The notes below the pieces were generated by a model that had not been told where the DNA came from, ran no database searches, and saw nothing but the letters and a program-made list of their open reading frames with translations. The position numbers and the translations under genes are program-made. From positions 46,934,001-46,998,000 of the forward strand of contig CAIIXF020000001.1 of assembly GCA_903813345.2 (NCBI GenBank): a stretch of DNA of 64,000 nucleotides, written 5' to 3'. Shown in pieces: positions 57,189 through 64,000 of the stretch; the stretch's first letter is position 1, and each line of letters starts with the position of its first letter. The DNA comes from Owenia fusiformis. Taxonomy: Eukaryota.

Positions 57189-58147
57189 GTACGTATTTTT
57201 ATTGTTCCCATTTGCATTCAGAGGTGTCGCATTGGTGTCGTTGGAGTGTTTGCATTTAGGGAGGCCACAGTACCAGCATTCACAATATCTAATTTTTAAA
57301 AGAAATGTTGTATGATTCAAATTTTTAGGTGTGTTCCCCATTAAAGGAAATATTTGAAAGAATCGGTACTTGGTTTCCCAATTAATCAATAAACTGCTAA
57401 AATGAGTCCAGTGCTCCAGTTCAATCACAAAAAAAACACGAAGCGCTGCTCTGTTAAATTCACCTCAGAACTAATTCTTTGCCTTGAATGGTTGTTAATA
57501 TTATCATTTACTATGCCAGATATGTGTGGTACTCAGAAGTAGTTACAGAAACGAGAGTTCTGACGCACCTATAACATTGAGTCCTATGGGGAGGGACACG
57601 ATTTTTCATAGTACCCTCCCTAACATGGGCTCCAATGGGGAGGGACATCTCAGAGCCTCCCTGAGCTCGGGAGGCACATACGGGGACCCCACCCCTCCCC
57701 CCTCGGCGTGGTGGCGTGTACATATTTCGGGGATCTCGGGCCCTAAGGTAACGGACGCCCTACCCCACGTTTGTACGTTTACTGTAAGGGATACTATTCG
57801 AATTCCCGCCAAAAACAATAAATCGATAAACCAGTACGCGCCGTAAATGTCACCACCTTATTTATAAAGTGCGGCCCCAGGCGGATTATCGATTACCTAT
57901 CAACCAGGCGTTTCGTACTCGCGAGGTCTTATCGTTTTAAGGTCATCCAGCTGTCAGTTTACGAATTACTCTGGACTGTACTTTAAAGTGCGGACCTAGC
58001 TCGATTATCGATTATCAATCAACCATCCATCAACTTTAATTAGTGTAACGTCCTTCATCGATTTAAGATCATACCGTTTAATGGATGTTACATTTGGTTG
58101 CCTCGCACCTTAGTATTTAAGAAGAAACATTACTAGTTAATTTAGTT

Positions 58148-58573
58148 ATGAGTTTGAAACAGACGTACGCACATCTTTCGAGCGAGGATTCCTTAATTTA
58201 TTACGCGGATAACACTCAAAGTAAATTTACCAGCAAGTTACCCAATTACCAAACATTTAAAAAAATAGAAAACTGAACTTGCGGTTTAACTGAAATTTGT
58301 CTAGGTAAACGTGTAAATAAAGGCTTAATATACGTATATTGTAATATAATAGGTGAATCATTAGTAGGACCAACTTCGAGGACGATCCTACGTACTATAT
58401 CGACATCTAAGACATACTGTGAATTTAAAAATATATATTACGTGGATTTAGGACTAAATAATTTTAACGAGATTAGTATTGCTTTGACTTATCAGGACGG
58501 TTCACCCGTGGAATTTACGAGTAATAGTCCCACATCCTGCGTTTTACATTTTAAAAAGAGATTACATATTTGA
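58148..58573 (+). pseudogene. Polinton minor capsid protein (penton-like), 141 codons, with one in-frame TGA at 58274-58276
   Basis: MSLKQTYAHLSSEDSLIYYADNTQSKFTSKLP...EN*TCGLTEI...LIYVYCNIIGESLVG...ILRTI...IYYVDL...FNEISIALTYQDGSPVEF...SCVLHFKK matches the Polinton minor capsid motif pattern. Not in the ORF track. Confidence 0.8.
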
Positions 58574-58604
58574 GTAAACTTTTCGCCAATCTAATACAAA
58601 GGCT

Positions 58605-58952
58605 ATGGATATCTGGACAGATCTGTTCTCAAAACCAGAGAAAAAAATGGTTAAAATTAAAGTTAACAAGGCTCATTACGTTCCTTTGAAAAGTGGTGCA
58701 ACCGACCAAACCGGAAGTGGGTCGCGTGTAACTATGATATCGCCGTCTGAAGCTAGTGTTCAAAGAGCTAGAGCGCGCATGCGTCGTGATAACATCATAG
58801 ATACAGGCCCCCGGATTAAATCTATAAAACCTACCGTATTTAAAAATAAGACCACACGTACCAAAGGTATCGAAGGGAGTAACACCGTATTAAAGAAAAA
58901 ACGTGGAAAACGTGAAAATAACACGCTCGGTATAAGTACCATATTTGATTAA
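58605..58952 (+). CDS. Small basic virion core-like protein of the Polinton
   Basis: 115 aa, K/R-rich, contains QTGSG and ends in IFD; lies between the minor and major capsid genes. Function is inferred. Confidence 0.6.
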   Translation: MDIWTDLFSKPEKKMVKIKVNKAHYVPLKSGATDQTGSGSRVTMISPSEASVQRARARMRRDNIIDTGPRIKSIKPTVFKNKTTRTKGIEGSNTVLKKKRGKRENNTLGISTIFD

Positions 58953-58992
58953 AAGGGAAAAACAGATAAAACAAAAAAACAAATAAATAAAA

Positions 58993-60318
58993 ATGGATAA
59001 CATTATGGACAGTTCTAACGAGGTTGTGAACGAGCAGTTTATGATTTTTGAAACCCGTGATACAGATGTCAGCACGAAACAGTTGAAATACGTCAATTTT
59101 AGACCGATCAATTTATCAGATGGTAATCCATTAACCTTCGATATAACAAATAACGGAGATCACTACTTAGATTTGAGTAAAACAGTGTTATTCGTCAAGG
59201 CAAAAATAACCATGCCGGATGGGAGTCCATTGCCTATAGATCCAAACGACCCGGCGGCATCTGCACCCAAAGTTACTTGCGCTAATCTTTGGTTACATTC
59301 ATTATTCTCGCAAGTGGATGTTCAAATGCAGCAAAAATCAATTTCAACATCGGGACCTTATTACCCGTACACAAGTTATATTCAAACAGTACTAAACACA
59401 TCAGCGGCAGATATGCAAGGTTACTTATCATCCCAAATGTATTTTAAGGATGAAGCCAGTCTAGGTAACGACCATAACGGGTTTGACTCCAAAAATAATG
59501 GATTTCTGAGGAGAATGGCGCACACGATCGAGAGTTTGGAGGTTGAAATGGCGGGTCCATTGCACGCTGACATCTTTAAGATTGAAAAATATTTGTTGAA
59601 TAACATTGATATTCAAGTCAAACTAACACCATCCCCGGCTGCCTTTAACCTAACGGCACATGATAACAACGTAGCTTATAAGGTTAAGATTACCGACGCA
59701 TTTCTAAGAATTGCCAAAATTGAGCCGACACCCGGTGTATTGGAAGGTCACGCCCAAACGTTAAAGACGAATCTGGCTCAATATCCGTACATCGGCAGAG
59801 AAATGAAAAGTTTAAGTGTGGCCACCGGAAACCGCAATTTTCAAATCGATAATTTATTTCTAGGTAGGGTGCCTCAAACGATATACCTAGTCATGGTCAC
59901 GGCTCGATCTCAAATGGGCGTGTACGATTTGAATCCTTTCAACTTTCAACATTTCAACTTAGATTATCTAGACGTGTTAGTCGATGGACTAAGCGTGACC
60001 AATCCCGTAACATTAGATTATAGAACAGGTGGTTTGCTGAACACGTATATAACGTGTTACAACAACTTATTTCCCCAGTTTAACGACCAAAAACGAAACG
60101 CGAGCATATCCAGAGACGAATTCGCCAACGGAACTACAATTTTAAGATTTGACGTCAATAACATCGGTAGTACGCAAGTTAATTCGATCGAGAGAAGGGG
60201 TAATTTATCCATCAATGGTCATTTTCAAAAACCTCTACAAGAAGCGATCAACATCCTGATATTGGCGGAGTTTCCCAAAGTTATTCAGATAGACGAGGCT
60301 AGGAACGTCATAACATAA
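58993..60318 (+). CDS. Polinton major capsid protein (double jelly-roll, hexon-like)
   Basis: 441-aa uninterrupted ORF with the motifs YLDLSKT.L.VK.KI, NLWLHSLFSQVDV, YPY..Y, GPLHADIF....LLN, NLFLG..P, NPFNFQHF, F..G.....FD and IDEARNV. Confidence 0.9.
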   Translation: MDNIMDSSNEVVNEQFMIFETRDTDVSTKQLKYVNFRPINLSDGNPLTFDITNNGDHYLDLSKTVLFVKAKITMPDGSPLPIDPNDPAASAPKVTCANLWLHSLFSQVDVQMQQKSISTSGPYYPYTSYIQTVLNTSAADMQGYLSSQMYFKDEASLGNDHNGFDSKNNGFLRRMAHTIESLEVEMAGPLHADIFKIEKYLLNNIDIQVKLTPSPAAFNLTAHDNNVAYKVKITDAFLRIAKIEPTPGVLEGHAQTLKTNLAQYPYIGREMKSLSVATGNRNFQIDNLFLGRVPQTIYLVMVTARSQMGVYDLNPFNFQHFNLDYLDVLVDGLSVTNPVTLDYRTGGLLNTYITCYNNLFPQFNDQKRNASISRDEFANGTTILRFDVNNIGSTQVNSIERRGNLSINGHFQKPLQEAINILILAEFPKVIQIDEARNVIT

Positions 60319-60857
60319 TGAACTCTCTCCAATTAAGGCATATATTAGAATCTACATCTTATTTAAAAACCGCCTACCGTAGGGTCTGCGCCAAAGACGA
60401 ATTACCGCGGTTTTCTCCGAGTAAATTAGCCGTTTATATCGTCAATACGGCCAAGCACGATCACCCCGGATTACATTGGGTCTTACTTGTATTCAAGATT
60501 GACACGTTGGGTCAGAAAACATGTATGTATTTTGACAGTTTGGGTGGTCATCCTCGAAAATATGGTCTATTTGAATTCATACGAAATAATTCGGATACAT
60601 TTATATACAATAACTTGAGACTTCAAGATGATGAAAGTACAATCTGTGGCCAATATACATTAGTTGTAATGGATCGTTATATTCGTAGAAATGAAAGCTT
60701 ACTGGGTATATTGAATGACTATAATATCGAGGATACTTATTACAACGATCTAATCACCATAGATTATTTCAAGACTCACTTTTCTACCAAATCCGCAGTG
60801 ACTTATGTAGAATGCCAAACCTGCGTTAAACCAAATATTCAGGCTTTAGAAAGTTAA
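60318..60857 (+). CDS. Adenain-like (adenovirus-type) cysteine maturation protease
   Basis: 179 aa; IVNT, catalytic His (GLHW), Asp (YFDSLG), oxyanion Gln (LQ) and Cys (ICGQY) in adenain order. Confidence 0.92.
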   Translation: MNSLQLRHILESTSYLKTAYRRVCAKDELPRFSPSKLAVYIVNTAKHDHPGLHWVLLVFKIDTLGQKTCMYFDSLGGHPRKYGLFEFIRNNSDTFIYNNLRLQDDESTICGQYTLVVMDRYIRRNESLLGILNDYNIEDTYYNDLITIDYFKTHFSTKSAVTYVECQTCVKPNIQALES

Positions 60858-61007
60858 TTAGATATAATTGTTTATATTCTATGTATGTTATACTATTGTG
60901 TATCGAAATAAAATGGATTAGGTAAAAAATTATATTTGTTCTTTGGTACTAACTTATTAAAAATCATCAATGGCCCGATTGTTTAAATAAAAGACATCGC
61001 AAAACAA

Positions 61008-63561
61008 CCCAGATAGCACGTCTTTGTTGGCCCAACGTCGGCAATTTTACGTCGGTACCTTGACGTTGGGCCGACGTTGGTTCAAGGTTGTCAAGGCACA
61101 CTTCTCCGTTGGCCTGAAGTCGGCAATTCTACGGCTGTAAGCTCACGTTGTACCGACGTCGGTACAAGGTTGGCAAATGACACATCTTTTTCGGTCTGAA
61201 GTTAGCAATTTTAGGGCGGTACTTTGACGTTGGGCCGACGTTGGTACGAGGTCGTCAAGGTACACTTTTCTGTTGGCCTGAAGTCAGCAATTTTACGGCT
61301 GTACGCTGACGTTGTACCGATGTCGGTGCAAGGTTGGCAAGCAGCGTGTCTATTTCGGTCCGAAGTTAGCAATTTTAGGGCGGAACTATAACGTTGGGCC
61401 GACGTTATTTTCAGGTCGGCAAATCACACTTCTGTTAGCCCCAAATTATAGTAATTTTAGGGTGGTACACTAACGTTGGGCCAACGTTGGTACCACGTTG
61501 GTAATTGACACAATTTTAGGGTCGGTAGAACGTTGGGCCGACAATGATATCAGGTCCGAAGTTAGCAATTTTAGGGCGGAACTATAACGTTGGGCCGACG
61601 TTATTTTCAGGTCGGCAAATCACACTTCCCAGATAGCACAAAGATGTCGGGTCAACGTCGCTATTGGTGGCCATTGGTTGGCATAGTCGCAGTTGGCAAA
61701 TTGTAGTTGGGCCAACGTTGGCCCGTCGTTGGCTGCCGCTAATACCAGGGAGCCAACAATCCCAGATAGCACAACTCTGATGGGCCAACGTTGGCCCAAC
61801 AATTACATATCTGTTGGTTCAACGTTGGCTGAGATGGTTGGCCCATTGTTGTCCATTGGCCCAACGTTGGTCCACCGAAGTAAATTGTGTCAATAGTGGG
61901 CCAACAATGGTCCAACGTTGGTTCTTTAGACGCTGCAAATGTTGGACCAACGTTGGCCCAACGTCGTTGTGCTATCTGGGTAGCACTAAAGTACTGTTGG
62001 GCCAACGTTGGGCCACCCACCTATCTGTTCCCTCTGCAAGGCCAACGTTGGGCCAACATTGCCATTAGCACTAAAGCACTGTCGAGCCAACATTGGACCA
62101 ACGTTGGGCCAACATAATTTTTTGCCAACATTGGACCAACGTTGGGCCAACATAATTGTTTGCCACTGTTGGACCAACGTTGGCCCGCTGGACAAAATGA
62201 CGTTGGGTCAACCGCTCAAGCCGACGTTGGGCCAACAGATGCGTAGTTGTTGGCCCGAAGTTGGCCCACTGGCGGTGTGCTATCTGTGCCAACATTGGAC
62301 CAACGTTGGGCCAATATAATTTTTTGCCACTGTTGGACCAACGTTGGCCCGCTGGACAAAATGACGTTGGGTCAACCGCTCAAGCCGACGTTGGGCCAAC
62401 AGATGCGTAGTTGTTGGCCCAACGTTGGCCCATTGGCGATGTGCTATCTGGGACCTATCGATCAGTGCAAAATTGCAGTTGGCAAATTGTAGTTGGGCCA
62501 ACGTTGGCCCGTTGTTGGCTGCCGCTAATACCAGGAAGCCACCTATCGATAAATCATTGCAAATGCTTAAAAATAGAAGAAAACATACCAGCTGTCATTA
62601 AAAAAAATTAAGGTAAATTTTTGTAATATTTTCTTTCAAAATTATCTGATAATGTTGTTCACCTCAAAAATATGGATTTTCGCCTTGTAATACAGTTGAA
62701 ACCACTTATAAGGCTACCAAATATATTTAGTATGGAAAAATAAGCCACCATATTTTATTGATGAAAAACGGATATAATTTGTGAACACATTCACAGTAGC
62801 AGTACTGAATGCCTAGATAGCACAAAGACGTTGGGTCAACGTCGCTATCGGTGACCATTGGTTCTCAAGGTTGCAGTTGGCAAATTATTCATGTGGCCTG
62901 TCGTTGGCTGCCCAGGGAGCCAACAATGGCTGTATAAAAAAGTAAATCGTGTCAACAGTGGGCCAACGTTGGTTCTGTGGTGGCTGCCAATGTTGGACCA
63001 ACGTTGGCTGACGTGGTTAGCCCACCGTCGCTATGTCCATTGGCCCAACGTTGGCCCACCGAAAGAAAATATGGTTGGCCCAACAATGGACCAACGTAGC
63101 TTGAAATCGTGTCGGACCAACGTTGGGCCAATGGACATAGCGACGGTGGACCAACGTTGGACCGATGGACATAGCGACGGTGGGCCAACCACAACAGCCA
63201 ACGTTGGACCAACATATACGTAATCGTTGGGCCAAAGTTGGCCCAACTGTTGACCAACGTTGGGCCAACCAGTTTTGACCGCCAATGCGCCAACATCCCT
63301 CTTAACATTGTCGGACCAACTGTTGACCAACGTCGGGCCAACCAGTCTTCTTACTATTAGTGGGCCAACTATGGGCCAACGTAGCTTGAAATCGTGTTGG
63401 GCCAACAATGGACCAACGTTGGGCCAATGAACATAGCGACGGTGGACCAACGTTGGACCGATGGACATAGCGACGGTGGGCCAACCACGACAGCCAACGT
63501 TGGGCCAACAGATACGTAGTTGTTGGGCCAACGTTGGCCCATCAGAGTTGTGCTATCTGGG
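61008..63561. mobile_element. Cluster of nested palindrome-rich MITEs (TIR CCCAGATAGCAC) between the protease and ATPase genes
   Basis: Left ends at 61008, 61628, 61761 and (variant) 62812; right ends GTGCTATCTGGG at 61980, 62452 and 63561; dozens of CCAACGTTGG palindromes inside. Confidence 0.8.
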
Positions 63562-63596
63562 AAGTATTTATCATTGTAAGTTCAACCGTCGAAGTC

Positions 63597-64000
63597 ATGA
63601 CACATAGCCTGGTGCCCTTTAATTCGCCTACCTCTATCGCCATGATAGGAGCGTCTCAATCGGGGAAAACTAACATGTGTTTCAAAATTCTAAAACATAG
63701 AGATGCCTTGTTTCAAAATAGTTCGAATTCACCTTCCAAAATATTGTTTTGTTACGCAACTTGGCAATCCGTGTACCGCGATATGGAGCTACAATTTAAA
63801 GATGAAATCATATTTCACGAAGGACTAGTCGACGAGGAAGAGATCTTAAATTTTACGAAAGATATATCGATACCAACATTTCTAGTTCTAGATGATTTAA
63901 TGGCTAGCGTATGTCAAAGTAGAGAGGCTGCCAAAATATTCACGCAATTATGTCATCATAGAAATATGAATGTCCTTTTTCTAACACAAAACGCCTTGTG
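63597..64000 (+). CDS. Polinton DNA-packaging ATPase (A32/FtsK-HerA superfamily), 5' part
   Basis: Open from the ATG at 63597 to the window end: Walker A GASQSGKT, FCYATWQ..Y, FHEGL, Walker B FLVLDDLM, IFTQLCHHRNMNVLFLTQN. Not in the ORF track because it lacks a stop in the window. Confidence 0.92.
   Translation, partial: MTHSLVPFNSPTSIAMIGASQSGKTNMCFKILKHRDALFQNSSNSPSKILFCYATWQSVYRDMELQFKDEIIFHEGLVDEEEILNFTKDISIPTFLVLDDLMASVCQSREAAKIFTQLCHHRNMNVLFLTQNAL

Larger units (their letters stand above)
57538..64000 (+). mobile_element. Endogenous Polinton/Maverick-type virus, left part (runs off the right edge)
   Basis: Starts with AGTAGT, a typical Polinton terminus, followed by a GC-rich terminal region. 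Then come co-oriented intronless genes for minor capsid, core-like protein, major capsid, protease and packaging ATPase. The left boundary is inferred from the AGTAGT motif only. Confidence 0.88.

Noticed and set aside
57511..57846. ORFs in the GC-rich viral terminal region
   Set aside because: Overlapping on both strands with no motif; expected by chance in a GC-rich terminal repeat.
61582..63531. Many overlapping ORFs on both strands (WANVGPT / LAQRW repeats)
   Set aside because: Translations of a stop-poor palindromic repeat, not genes.
61008..63561. Possible CRISPR-like repeat-spacer array
   Set aside because: Repeat length and spacing are irregular, the intervening sequences are themselves duplicated, the block is bounded by TIRs, and there are no cas genes in this eukaryotic context.

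Overview
AT-rich, intron-containing animal genomic DNA, probably from a marine invertebrate (inference), with a 500-N assembly gap at 51385-51884. Four spliced host genes can be reconstructed with consistent GT-AG phases. They are the 5' part of a CARD-domain gene (- strand, runs off the left edge), a complete 6-exon clan-2 cytochrome P450 (+, about 490 aa), a ~750-aa SAM-domain protein with a PLDLT CtBP-type motif (-), and a secreted protein made of a stand-alone alpha-amylase C-terminal-extension-type domain (+). From 57538 to the right edge lies the left part of an endogenous Polinton/Maverick-type virus. It has an AGTAGT terminus, a very short minor capsid gene with one in-frame TGA, a basic core-like ORF, an intact major capsid protein, an adenain-type cysteine protease and an A32-like packaging ATPase. 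A 2.5-kb cluster of palindrome-rich MITEs interrupts it. The rest is dense in non-autonomous DNA transposons, including two CAC-terminated elements with 5-bp TSDs (Transib-like), Tc1/mariner derivatives, Helentron-associated elements and a four-level nested insertion at 43.5-49.1 kb. All family assignments come from motif recognition by eye; no searches were run.
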